NCBI GenBank assembly: GCA_002269645.1
Contig: NIVC01003195.1
Span: forward strand, 1-64,000
Length of the DNA: 64,000 bases
Source of the DNA: Macrostomum lignano
Taxonomy: Eukaryota
Direction: 5' to 3'
Shown: in pieces, positions 52,401 to 64,000 of the stretch
Numbering within the stretch: position 1 is the stretch's first letter
How the letters are laid out: each line of letters opens with the position of its first letter
The notes under the pieces: model-generated
What the model was told of the DNA's origin: nothing
Databases searched by the model: none
The model's input: the letters and a program-made list of their open reading frames with translations, nothing else
Position numbers and translations under genes: made by a program

Positions 52401-53338
52401 GGGCGATTCCGTTTTTATGGTAATTTAATTAGATGGGAGCATTTTGTTATATTAATAATAACGCAGCAATTTTGACAAAATACGACTTAATAATATAGGA
52501 GCAGGGTGGTATTTTCAGTGGATGCAAACTTTTTAAATTTGCTGACATCAAACAACACCGTGACAAGTAAATAAGGTAAAGCATTTTTACACGCAAACTG
52601 TGCAAAAAACATATTTAACTTAATAACTGGCAATATAACAAACATTTAACGGTTGCAGCTTAAGTCTAAGCAAATTAACCTGTGCTAACTACTCGCGATA
52701 GTAATAGTAGTAGTAAGTAGTAGTATAAGCATCGCAAAGGGAACAAATACTCAATCAACTAGTCCATTCTAACAAAACAAATTAAGACACACTGAAGACA
52801 GTCGTGCATTTCCGCTACTGAAATTATGCTTTTTAAGAGTTTTAAAGATAGAATTGAAAAAATGTCTTTAGCGCTACTAATTAGTAGGCGAAAAGTAGTC
52901 TGATTAAGAAATTTCGGATAATAATATAAACAGTGCCCACACAGCAGATAGGTATAGGGGCGGGCAGAGTAAAATGCATCCAGAAAACGGTAACAACACA
53001 GAGTGCAATTGGCGCGCTGGTTCGCACAGCCCTACCGTTACGAAGGCCAATGACAGCTTGGGCTAAAAATACGCGCGTTTAGAAATCAGTAAATACGAAT
53101 TTTGATTAAAAAAATGAGAATTCAGTAATCATTCTATGCGAAAAAAATTTCAATAACGCCCGCACAGGAAGAACGCCACGTTTTGAAACGAAACAACTAA
53201 TAATGAAGCTTAGGAACTCAGACAAATATCACGCGAATCAACGGGACAGGATTCCTTTAAATATGGAATGCAATTCTATTAGTTATTATATGGCAGGTAG
53301 AATTTAGTGAAGGAAAAGATAATTAGACAAACAAAAGC

Positions 53339-53385
<47 letters not shown>

Positions 53386-56300
53386 AAGACAGACAGACAC
53401 ACACACACAGACAGACACAGACACTAATACAGACCCTAATACCCTAATACTGACACTAATACAGACCATAGTAGCCTAATACAGACGCTAATAGACACTA
53501 ATACAGACACTAGTACCCTAATACAGACACTAATAGACACTAATACAGACACTAATATAGACACTAATACAGACCCTAATACCATAATACAGACACTAAT
53601 AGACACTAATACAGACACTAATAGACACTAATACAGACACTAATAGACACTAATACAGACACTAATAGACACTAGTGCAGACACTAATACAGACACTAAT
53701 ACAGACCCTAATACCCTAATGCAGACACTAATACAGACCCTAATACCCTAATGCAGGTACATACACTCTAAGCCGCACTTTGAACCAAACAGACAGAGAT
53801 AATACTATACAGACTTAAGCAGACAGACATGCAACAGGTGGTCAAAGAAAATGGCAGGTAAAATACTGAGCGTAAAACAAGCAACCAATGCAAACATAGA
53901 CAATGCTTTACCCATCAAAGGAAATAAAAAACTATAAGTCGTATTCAGCTAGATGAGGTAGCTGAGTCCAGTTGCTGGCTGCATCAAAAAGAGGAAGAGC
54001 TTGCAGCTGAGCAGTCGAGAGAATAGAGAGACAGAGAGGACAGTGACACGGGCATCGGAGGACAAGACGCAGACAGACAGTTAAAGAGGGACTTCTTGAA
54101 CCCAAACAATCTGCCCGAAGCGCCCTCTGCCCCCACCCCTTATAAAAACGAAACAAGAGTAGACATAGCAGACAGTGAGCTGCAACTGCAGCATAGAGAT
54201 GGACAGCCTAAAGCGGTGGGTGGGCGGCCTACTGCCGACTCTGAACTACTCTGAACCATTGAGCACTAATATTTCTTATCTAGAAAGCGGTAAAAGACAG
54301 GTATATAGAAATTGCACTGACTAGATATAGAAATGAAGCGGTAGAGTGAGAGAGAACCCGAGAATGAATATTCATGCATAATAGTTCGTGCCTTTAAAGC
54401 CATTTATATAGCAAAAAACCCGAGAGGGTGTCCTTAGCATAAGAAAAATCTGGAGCCGAATCTAGGCTCACTGCCTCACTAGCGTCTTTTTTCGTTTTTT
54501 TCTCAACACAGCTTCATCACAGCTTTTATAAGTGTGCTAATGAAATAATCAGAGGATGGGTAGCGGGCAAAGTCCACGCTTGAGACCATAGACTATTGTG
54601 TATCAATGACATTGTACCAAAGACATTTTAATGAGCTACACTTTAAGAGTGAGGGTTGGGTGTGGGGCCATAGACTATTGTGTATCAATGACATTGTACC
54701 ATAGACATTTTGTCTAAGCTACACTTTGAGAGTGAGTGTTGGGTGTGGGCCATAGACTATTGTGTATCAATGACATTGTACTGGTACCATAGACATTTTG
54801 ACTTAGCTACACTTTGAGAGTGAGGGCTGGGTGTGGGGCCATAGACTATTGTGTATCAATGGCATTGTACCATAGACATTTTTAATGAGCTACACTTTAA
54901 GAGTGAGGGTTGGGTGTGGGCCATAGACTATTGTGTATCAATGGCATTGTACCATAGACATTTTTAATGAGCTACACTTTAAGAGTGAGGGTTGGGTGTG
55001 GGGCCATAGACTATTGTGTATCAATGACATTGTACCAAAGACATTTTTAATGAGCTACACTTTAAGAGTGAGGTTTGGGTGTGGGGCCATAGACTATTGT
55101 GTATCAATGACATTGTACCATAGACATTTTTAATGAGCTACACTTTGAGAGTGAGGGCTGGGTGTGGGGCCATAGACTATTGTGTATCAATGGCATTGTA
55201 CCATAGACATTTTGTCTAAGCTACACTTTGAGAGTGAGGGCTGGGTGTGGGCCATAGACTATTGTGTATCAATGACATTGTACCATAGATATTTTTAATG
55301 AGCTACAGTGTGTGATTGAGGGTTGAGTGTGGGGGAGAAGCCCCCAATCTATACCATGGACGATTTTTGTTTTTTATAAATAAACTGTGGGCCGCTTTCA
55401 TGGGGTTAATGATACGAGTTTTGGCCATAGAGAGTCATCAACAAGTTTTCGTGCGTGCTTTCTCTGCCGCTCAATTAGCGGGCGTCAATGGGTCTGTAGC
55501 AATTAACAGGCACATTTGTAGGTGCGCCAGGCAAAAACGTCAATGTTAGAATAACAAAATAAGCTTTATGGCCGAGACCCTTCCTTATAGAAGATGTGGA
55601 TATACTCGCACAATCATATAAATTAGTGGATTTTGAAACTACTGAATGAAAACATGAGCTCATCTGGCGTTCTAAGCGTGCCCTTATACTATAAGTTATA
55701 GTTATTTTATACGGCTTAAAATATCAATTTAGTAGGATAATTAAATGACAATAACACAGCTGTTTTTTACCTTGTATTTGAAATCAGTGGAGTTGGTCAA
55801 TTCCTGGTCAGGTTAAAAAGTGCAATACACAGTGTTGGTTAATTAGTATCATTATTTTTACTATTGATTATTTGCTAACATTGCCAATATAGTTAATGTA
55901 TTTTAATTTCTCAAAACGTTAGCAGGTTACAAACAAGAAGGCTCGTAAATTGAATGTCTTGTTAACTACGGTAACTAATATTTTAAATACGTTTATGTAA
56001 ACACTATTAATAAACTAATTAATTGTTAACAGACAGATAGCTGGTACGGCGGAAGCAAATATCTACAGATCTATAATTATTACACACTGCCAGATAGACT
56101 AATAAGCTTACTGACAAAGGCTTACCTCTCGGCTCAGGTTAACATCCAGCAGCAGCATTTTATCGTTGAACTGGATGCTGTTCACGTTCTCCCTGAATAA
56201 TGCAAAGAATTGCCATTGGCATTATTAACCAACTGATTTCAACATTTCTACATTTCCCTATCAATCATTTCAACAAATCTCTCAATCAAACAAACAAACA

Positions 56301-59300
56301 GACATATCAACTGATCAATCAATCAACAAGAATTACTAACCGACAAATCAATTGATCAAACTAACTGAGGTATCAATCAATCAATCAAACTAACGAAATC
56401 ATCAATTGATCAATCGATCAAACTAACTGAGGCATCAATCAATCAATCAATCAAACTAACAAAATCATCAATTGATCAATCGATCAAACTAACTGAGGCA
56501 TCAATCAATCAATCAATCAAACTAACAAAATCATCAATTGATCAATCGATCAAACTAACTGAGGCATCAATCAATCAATAAATCAAACTAAGAGGCACCA
56601 AGCAATCAAACTAAATTATCAATTGATCGATCAATAAAACTAACGCAGGCATCAATCAAATAAACTAACTGAATCTTAGTCAATCAATCAAACTAACAGG
56701 CATCAATCTATCAATCAAACTAACAGGATTTTCAGCATATGGAAAACACAGATGACATCGATATCTTACCAGGGAAATGAGTGGGTGAGCCTGCTACCGT
56801 GAAATGTGACAATGGCATTGTGCGCCAGGCCCAAATGCAGAGTGTTTCCATTGCGATCCTGACAATGAAAAAGCAGCACAGCCAAAATTAGCGGTTTTTT
56901 TTATATTTCCAATTGGAATTAAACGACAATGACCCTATGTATACACATAATATTTTACCTAATCGTAAAAACTAACTGCCGCAATAAAAAACCTGTAATT
57001 CTGATAAAAGTTGCAAAAATACAGACAACCTTAGTTGACCCTTCCTCAATTCCTTATCAATACGCAAACAGAGTGTCAAAGCCAAACCAAACTAAGGCAT
57101 TAAATGAATGTAAATAGCGTGCTCAATATGTGACTGAATTCTATTCTCTGTTATCAATATTCATTCGATAATTCAATACCCCTTATCTGTACGTAAAAAA
57201 GCAGGAATAAAGCTCTTAAAAGTTAATAAATTAGCTGGCTTACCCTGACGGGTTTCGGATCGATGCCATACGTGTCCAAGGAGAACGCCTTGCTTAGAAA
57301 CATGGCCTCAACCTCCTGCACACTCTTGCCTCTGCGGATAGGAACAGGCAGGGGTGAACTTAGTTCGAGTGTCTCCGACTCTGCATGGGCCTCAGTAGGG
57401 GAGATTTCAGACACTGGCAAAGTCTCAGGGGGAGATTTCAGACACTGGCTCAGTTTCAGGGGGAGATTTCAGACACTGGCAAAGTCTCAGGGGGAGATTT
57501 CAGACACTGGCAAAGTCTCAGGGGGGAGATTTCAGACACTGGCTCAGTCTCAGGGGGAGATTTCAGACACTGGCTCAGTTTCAGGGGGAGATTTCAGACA
57601 CTGGCTCAGTTTCAGGGGGAGATTTCAGACACTGGCAAAGTCTCAGGGGGGAGATTTCAGACACTGGCTCAGTCTCAGGGGGAGATTTCAGACACTGATT
57701 CAGTTTCAGGGGGAGATTTCAGACACTGATTCAGTTTCAGGGGGAGATTTCAGACACTGATTCAGTTTCAGGGGGAGATTTCAGACACTGATTCAGTTTC
57801 AGGGGGAGATTTCAGACACTGGCTCAGTTTCAGGGGGAGATTTCAGACACTGGCTCAGTTTCAGGGGGAGATTTCAGACACAGGCAAAGTCTCAGGGGGG
57901 AGATTTCAGACACTGGCTCAGTTTCAGGGGGAGATTTCACACACTGGCTCAGTCTCAGGGGGGAGACTTCAGAAACTGGCTCAGTCTCAGGGGGAGAATC
58001 TCGTGGGGGAGATTTCAGACACTGGCTCAGTCTCAGGGTGGAGATTCGCCAACTGTAGCAGCAATTGCTGACACCTCAAAACACGGCTCACTTCAAGTTC
58101 CTGTGCTCCTCATAGATTCGAGTCTCAATTTTAGGCGTCTGGTTGTGAATGAGAGTGACTCCGGACAGGTAGGCGTTCTCCTCGTAGTCCTCAATTTCAT
58201 CAAAGTCGCCAAACTCGGCTGCAATAAATAAGTAATGCGAGGTGGACTTCAGGATATCTTCTAATAATAAAATTACTTCTAATAATAAATGACAGTAAGA
58301 ATTCCCAACTGCTCAAATACACAATGTAAGCTATAGTATTCCCAACTGCTCAAATACACAATGTCAGCTATAGTATTCCCAACTGCTCAAATACAAAATG
58401 TCAATCAATACATTATTCCGAACAGATTGTCCTCAAACACAGAAATTTTACACCAGAGACTATGCGTTAGTACTTCGGTATGCTCAAACTCAAACTCACC
58501 CTGAACTATGCAGGCAGCCAGAAAGATGACGTCATTAGAGGAGACACTGTACAGGCGGGCGTGAAGCAAGTCGCGCTTTAGCTGGCAGAATAGCAGGTAC
58601 CTGGCAAAATACAAGGCAAAAATTAGTACAACATGTACTAATAACTAATAGAAAGTGATATATATTGAGTGCACTCACTTGGACAGCTCCTGCTTCAAAT
58701 TGTCGGTAGGGTGCGGCGGATAGTGCTTCACGCGAAACGTGACCACGATAGGGGACAGGTCTGCAAGACGATAGAAGGGACACTAGCAGCTTAGTCCAAA
58801 CCATTCGCTTAGGCGCTAAATGGCTAGCTAAAAGGTTTTATTGCTTACGCTTGAGCTGCTTGTAGGCAGGAAGTCCGTTCTCCAGCCATCGCTGCAAGAA
58901 AATTTGTAACTTAGCTTTATATGTTTTATAGGGCTGCCCAGCAACTGAGGATCTAGGAGGCTGGCCTAGAAACTGAGGATCTGGGAGACTGGCCTAGAAA
59001 CTGAGGATCTAGGAGGCTGGCCTAGAAACTGAGGATCTAGGAGGCTGGCCTAGAAACTGAGGATCTGGGAGACTGGCCTAGAAACTGAGGATCTAGGAGG
59101 CTGGCCTAGAAACTGAGGATCTAGGAGGCTGGCCTAGAAACTGAGGATCTAGGAGGCTGGCCTAGAAACTGAGGATCTGGGAGACTGGCCCAGCAACTGA
59201 GGATCTGGGAGGCTGGCCCAGCAACTGAGGATCTAGGAGGCTGGCCTAGAAACTGAGGATCTGGGAGACTGGCCCAGCAACTGAGGATCTGGGAGGCTGG

Positions 59301-60004
59301 CCCAGCAACTGAGGATCTAGGAGGCTGGCCTAGAAACTGAGGATCTGGGAGACTGGCCCAGCAACTGAGGATCTGGGAGGCTGGCCCAGCAACTGAGGAT
59401 CTAGGAGGCTGGCCTAGAAACTGAGGATCTGGGAGACTGGCCCAGCAACTGAGGATCTGGGAGGCTGGCTTAGAAACTGAGGATCTGGGAGGCTGGCTTA
59501 GAAACTGAGGATCTGGGAGGCTGGCTTAGAAACTGAGGATCTGGGAGGCTGGCTTAGAAACTGAGGATCTGGGAAGAGTGAAACAGAGATAAAGCAAACT
59601 CACCCGCTGCTGATCATCGCTGCGATACCTCAAGCCAAAATAGTCCTTCTCTTGCAGGTTGCCAATTACTTCGCACACCTTTTCGAAAATACCCTCGCCG
59701 AAAGTGTCCACCTGGTTGAAATTATTGATAAATATTTTATCATTTCTTCTTATGATAAGTATTTGGTTCATTTTTAGTACAGTACAAGCAATTTATTGAG
59801 TAAAATTCAACTTTTACTATTATGCACAGAGTATAATAGAATAAATATACTTGATTTTAATGTTTATTAAAGAAAACCACTTACATGAAACTTGAACTCT
59901 AAAGGCTTGTCCTCATGCAGAAGGCTAACTATGCACTGGAACTCTCCAATAGATTCTTCTTTCTTTTTGGTTGGCAGGTGCAACTTTTTCAATAATGATG
60001 GCAT
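43474..60004 (-). CDS. FRMD3/FRMD5-like: FERM-domain protein with FERM-adjacent region and C-terminal transmembrane helix (FRMD3/FRMD5-like); 15 exons, about 644 aa
   Basis: Exons: 60004-59885, 59711-59604, 58891-58849, 58760-58679, 58600-58500, 58218-58092, 57331-57244, 56858-56770, 56192-56126, 50959-50871, 49303-49223, 47026-46949, 45863-45753, 44871-44550, 43902-43474 (1935 nt). All GT-AG, phases consistent. FERM motifs CIVSLL, KDYFGLRY, RWLE, FRVKHYPP, YLLFCQLKRDLL, AEFGDFD, LDTYG, GFKCES..LW; FA motif SFRFSGRSQKE; TM followed by LRSHP..HERFYAP. Orthology call is from memory of the family. Confidence 0.9.
43980..44535. repeat. Intronic ~20-bp minisatellite (CTCCGCTCCCATCCGCCAAT) with a three-unit higher-order pattern
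   Basis: Fills intron 14. Confidence 0.95.
45195..45442. repeat. Intronic 23-bp minisatellite (AACAGTCAGATGTACATTCCATG)
   Basis: About 10 copies in intron 13. Confidence 0.9.
45990..46740. repeat. Intronic GA-rich compound repeat (GGGAAGAAATGGGGAAAAT variants)
   Basis: Fills intron 12. Confidence 0.95.
47229..48900. repeat. Intronic ~84-bp satellite with an 832-bp higher-order duplication
   Basis: About 20 units in intron 11; ORF pairs 47466/48298 and 47507/48339 are both offset by 832. Confidence 0.95.
49355..50745. repeat. Intronic 21/22-bp minisatellite (AAATTGCTCAAATCTCACTCAC)
   Basis: Fills intron 10. Confidence 0.95.
51105..52410. repeat. Intronic 27-bp minisatellite (GGGGCGATTCCTAAATGGCAGTTTTGA)
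   Basis: About 48 copies in intron 9. Confidence 0.97.
53335..53755. repeat. (GACA)n microsatellite grading into a 10-12-bp ACACTAATA(CA)G repeat
   Basis: Direct reading; intron 9. Confidence 0.9.
54597..55310. repeat. Second array of the ~84-bp satellite
   Basis: About 8 units, same orientation as 47229-48900; intron 9. Confidence 0.95.
56280..56725. repeat. ATCA-based compound repeat (ATCAATCAAACTAAC...)
   Basis: Fills intron 8. Confidence 0.85.
57398..58045. repeat. Intronic 31-bp minisatellite (GGGGGAGATTTCAGACACTGGCTCAGTTTCA)
   Basis: About 20 copies in intron 6. Confidence 0.95.
58300..58400. repeat. 37-bp unit, 3 copies
   Basis: ATTCCCAACTGCTCAAATAC starts at 58301, 58338 and 58375; intron 5. 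Confidence 0.85.
58936..59573. repeat. Intronic 28-bp minisatellite (CTGGCCTAGAAACTGAGGATCTAGGAGG)
   Basis: About 23 copies in intron 2. Confidence 0.95.
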
Positions 60005-62613
60005 TTTATATTATAAATATATATTTCAGATCTATTGACATGCAAATAAAATAGACTCAATTCTAAAATAAAGCAAAAAAATTGTATCTATGAATAATAT
60101 AGCTTTCTTGGTAACAAATATCATCATACTACCTTGTATATATTTAAATATATAACAAAGATAAAATGTATCAATTGACAATTACCTACTTAGGCTATAA
60201 AAAAGGATACATTGAAATAAATTGCCTTATATAATAAAAATCATGATAAAAAAGCCTCAAGATTATTATGGCTATATTTAGAATCAAACTAAGGCTTATG
60301 ATTACTATATCTAGAATAGATTAAACTAGCATTTAAAATAAAATAATATATTCATATTTTATATACATATTAATATATATATATATTTATACCTTTAAAC
60401 TTAAACTTTTAATGCCTTATTTCAAAAGTGTTATTAAGTATAACAATTTTATATAATGATATAAATATATAGGTTTCTAAATATAACTTATATAATATAA
60501 GAATAATGAAATATTCTTGTATTAAATAAAAATAAGGTACATACATACATATTATACTATTTGCTGTAAGATTTCGTATAAAGTTAAAAAATTGAAACAT
60601 AGCAGAAAGCATCATTTTATATTAGATTAATTTAATCTAAATATAGGTAATTCTATAATAATTTAGAAAAGTTAATGAAAATGGGAATAAAATAATGCAA
60701 GATCATAAAACTTGACTAAGTCAAGTGAGCTACCTCTTGCCACAAACAGTGAAAAAGTTTTCGAATACAGACAAATGTATTCTGACTATTGTATAGTTTA
60801 GGCCTATTGCCCTATTGAAAATTTGAAAATATTGACTAACTAAATTAATTACTTAAACTTTTAAAGTAAAGATGCCTAACTTTCAAACACAATCAGATTA
60901 CAATGTATTCAATATAGTTACAGATGTAAAATTTATTGAAAAATCAACAACAAGTTCAACTGTTAAAAGCTAAGAAATAGCAATAAACAAAAGCAATAAA
61001 CTAGTATTCAGTAAGAACTACAATATTCAATCAATCACTATCAATGTCGTATCAATAACTAATGCCAAGTATGTTAAAAATAAATATCTCATACAAGTCA
61101 CCAATGAAGCTAAAGCCTTACTCTACATCGAATGAAAAAACAGATCTTAATGATACTATATTATAATGAATCATATTAATAACTGCAGGACAGTAGTGCA
61201 GTACAGTATAAATATGAATAAATAACAGTTTCAAGAGGAAATCGAATAATTGATTCTTCGATAACACAGGACCGAAACATATTACTTGAAGCTAAGATTT
61301 ATCACAAAATAGTTTAAAGTCATAGTTTTTGTCAATACAAAGGTTTTATATTATAGAAAGTTTAACTGATTTTTACAGTATTGTTTAAATAATTTATAAG
61401 AAAAAAGCTCGGAAGAAGCACAAAAGTTTGTTTCTTACAATTCACGACCCTGTCGACTTTTGTCCACAGAAGTTAAAACAGTGGTTCGACAGTGCAATAT
61501 TAAGATACTCGTCGTACTCTTCCTATTGATAAAAGTTATATACATAGCTCGATTTAGATATTTTTTAAACCTGTAAATCAGTAAGAACTAATTCAAAGTC
61601 GGCGACGTCGGTCGATATTTTCCACCTCTATCGACATCGCCGAAAAATATGAACTTATTACAACACAGACGCTCAGCCAATGTATGATTTCGTTATCCTT
61701 TGATGTAATGGAAACGTACATATTTGTCAGCGACGTCGATAGACGTCGGAAATGTAGGTCGATTTGTCACCGACGTCAGATTGCTGTACGGAAAGCGCTG
61801 AACAAATATAAATAAGATTGTTGAAGAAATATTGCAATTTATGTGAATGTACAAGACATCTATCTGCTTGGACTTGATTGGATGTCTGTTCTGATCTATT
61901 CAATGATTACGTACCATCTTACGTACTTAATGATTTACATTAAGTTCTAGTTTACATTCATCGAAGTTCTTTTGATCACTATATCCATGTACATATGTAT
62001 ATCATAAAAAATGGACGACTATATAGTGCAAGTATAATAAGACGTTACGTTCGCATCTTTTAGTGCATTTATAGTATACAAATTATAGTTCATACATGTA
62101 CGTAATATGTAGAGCAAAATACATAAAATGGTTAAAAAAATAAAAAACACAAAATTTATTTTAGAATTGTTCGCAGAGTACATGCATAAATGAATCCTTT
62201 GTACATGTACGTACATGCTTGGGCAATTAAATGTAAGAAATAAAACATGATTATGCATGCAATTCATACTCAATTAGTAAACAGTAAATTCTAATGTATA
62301 TATTCCTAATCTTACAGCAAAATTTGTCGACAAATAAAATTCTTAGTTAGCAAGTGAGAAAAGAGGAAGTTGCATAATTCTAACACGAGAAATGAATAAA
62401 ATTTTGCCGGTTCTTCGTACATGCATGTTCAGTAACAAAAAACTTTTATTTGCGCACAGGATGTCCCGGGAAAATTAAGTGTGCTTAGAATTAAAGTTCA
62501 ATTAGCTAATACGTTGAACGCAGTACGTTGATGATTCTTTTTTAATCCAAATTAAAAATATGGAAAAACTACAAGTAAATGTACTATACATGCAGTTCTA
62601 TAGTTCTCACTGC

Positions 62614-63975
62614 TTACCTGCCGTCCAATAGCCAGAGCAGCGCTGGCACCCCGAATTGGGTAAAATGAAAGAAGGCAATTAGAAGCAGAAAGCCGAACGC
62701 CAGGTGCAAATACTCGGCGCGCACATGTAGCAGCTCCACGATGGTGCCAAACACGTAGCCGGAGCCCCAGATTCCCATGAATATGCCGACTAAGACAGTC
62801 CGCGATGAAGCGAATCCAGACCGGTAAGCCACCTCAATGGCCGTGGAGATCGCAAACGCTTCGCCGATTGCGTGGAAAAAATTCACAGCAACGGATGCAA
62901 CCCAGATAAGACTTGTCTGCCCCAACAGTTTAGTTGAGGGCGTCACCAGGTGACCGAACGCGGTGGCGGCGATTCCAATGACAATGCGGATGTCGGGTTG
63001 GGTTCGCACCGCACTGAACGCACGAGTTGCCAGGATCAGAATTAGCATCGCCGCTACCAGGCAAACAGAGTAGCAGAGCAGCAGGAAATCGCGACTCAGT
63101 CTGAACTGCTCAGAGCTCAATTTTTGAACAATTTTAGCCAATTCAGACACGCTTAGAGTAAAATAACCGAGCAGCACACTTGAGGACAGCAGTATAAGGG
63201 GCACAGAAATAATCATTAGGCGCCTCGCTCTGCTCCAGCCTGGCAGCTCGAAGACGCTCCGATTCCTGCCGGGCCGGTCAGCCGCGCCGCCAAAGGCCAG
63301 CAGCAGCAGCAGCACGGCTGTAGTTGGGACGCATGCAAAACCAAGCGGATACTTTAACTTAACCGATACAAAAGCCAGCAGGTAGCCAATCACCTGGCCA
63401 ACCGCCTCCCACAGGTAGTACAACTGGCATACGTAGCCAACAGAGAATGCCTGTAGACCGGATTCGATGGTGAGCACAAACAGGCAGGGCCTGAGAATTC
63501 CCGAAGCGACTACCAGAACAACCTCGCAGGTGTAGGCGAGGCCCAAGCTGCACAGAGCAGGCCAGTGCACCAGGCCCACGAGCAGCCAGGCTCCGATGTG
63601 GTAAACCAAGCAGCCGAAGGCCAGCGTCTTGGCGCAACCGAAAAACCTATCGGCAACGACGCCGCCAAGCACTGGCAGCAGGAATGACAGGCACTGCGGC
63701 AGCTGCAGGTTCAAGGCAGCCCACCATGGATCGTTGGGGACGACGCCTTGCAAAGCGCCGCAGTACGGCAGGCTGCAGTTGCCAGCGTTGACCACCGTTG
63801 CCATGTAGTTGTAGTACGTGCACCGCTCCACTGAGAACATGGCCAGCAGGGACAACAGAGGGCGCCATCTAAACGACGACGCTTGCTGCTGATCTGACTG
63901 GCCTGAGTTCTGCAGGTGATTTTCGTTGCGACCACCTCCGTAGATTGGGTCGGCTTCTTCTGCAGTTGCAGCCAT
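62614..63975 (-). CDS. Divergent POT/PTR2 (SLC15-like) MFS transporter; single long ORF of about 453 aa, 3' end uncertain
   Basis: About a dozen hydrophobic segments; SVERCTYY resembles ExxERFxYY, GGVVADRFFG..KT resembles the PTR2 TM2-3 signature, GILRP resembles GGIKP. First ATG at 63975 (the track starts at an upstream TTG). The stop overlaps a consensus donor AG|GTAAGC. Confidence 0.75.
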   Translation of the reverse strand: MAATAEEADPIYGGGRNENHLQNSGQSDQQQASSFRWRPLLSLLAMFSVERCTYYNYMATVVNAGNCSLPYCGALQGVVPNDPWWAALNLQLPQCLSFLLPVLGGVVADRFFGCAKTLAFGCLVYHIGAWLLVGLVHWPALCSLGLAYTCEVVLVVASGILRPCLFVLTIESGLQAFSVGYVCQLYYLWEAVGQVIGYLLAFVSVKLKYPLGFACVPTTAVLLLLLAFGGAADRPGRNRSVFELPGWSRARRLMIISVPLILLSSSVLLGYFTLSVSELAKIVQKLSSEQFRLSRDFLLLCYSVCLVAAMLILILATRAFSAVRTQPDIRIVIGIAATAFGHLVTPSTKLLGQTSLIWVASVAVNFFHAIGEAFAISTAIEVAYRSGFASSRTVLVGIFMGIWGSGYVFGTIVELLHVRAEYLHLAFGFLLLIAFFHFTQFGVPALLWLLDGR

Positions 63976-64000
63976 GGCCAAATTCGGTTTGGCTTAACTT

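Noticed and set aside
60004-62617. SLC15-FERM read-through fusion by splicing
   Set aside because: The phase-2 donor at 62617 joined to the acceptor at 60032 is out of frame with the FERM ATG and meets a stop.

Overview
Eukaryotic (metazoan, invertebrate-like) genomic DNA. About 40% of the window (roughly 26 kb, summed by eye) is tandem mini/microsatellite in about 35 separate arrays, and most long ORFs in the track are artefacts of those arrays. The style resembles repeat-rich flatworm assemblies such as Macrostomum, but that is inference only. Supported genes: (1) a 3-exon NFKBIL1-like ankyrin gene (+, 3858-6560) with a 1-nt frameshift in a G run; (2) two intronless four-EF-hand calmodulin-like paralogues in head-to-head orientation (25491-25967 -, 33713-34174 +) sharing a 353-nt core with one mismatch; (3) a 15-exon FERM + FERM-adjacent + C-terminal TM gene, FRMD3/FRMD5-like (-, 43474-60004, about 644 aa, all splice phases consistent); (4) a divergent POT/SLC15-like MFS transporter ORF (-, 62614-63975). 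Mobile elements: a decayed Mag-type Ty3/gypsy LTR retrotransposon (7703-12720 -) with a 564-bp foldback MITE nested in its integrase, two copies of a tRNA-headed SINE, and further MITE-like elements. No CRISPR array, rRNA or intact tRNA gene was found. I did not find a clearly new biological system; the best leads are the calmodulin-like gene conversion, the intron-by-intron minisatellite expansion and the motif-degenerate transporter.
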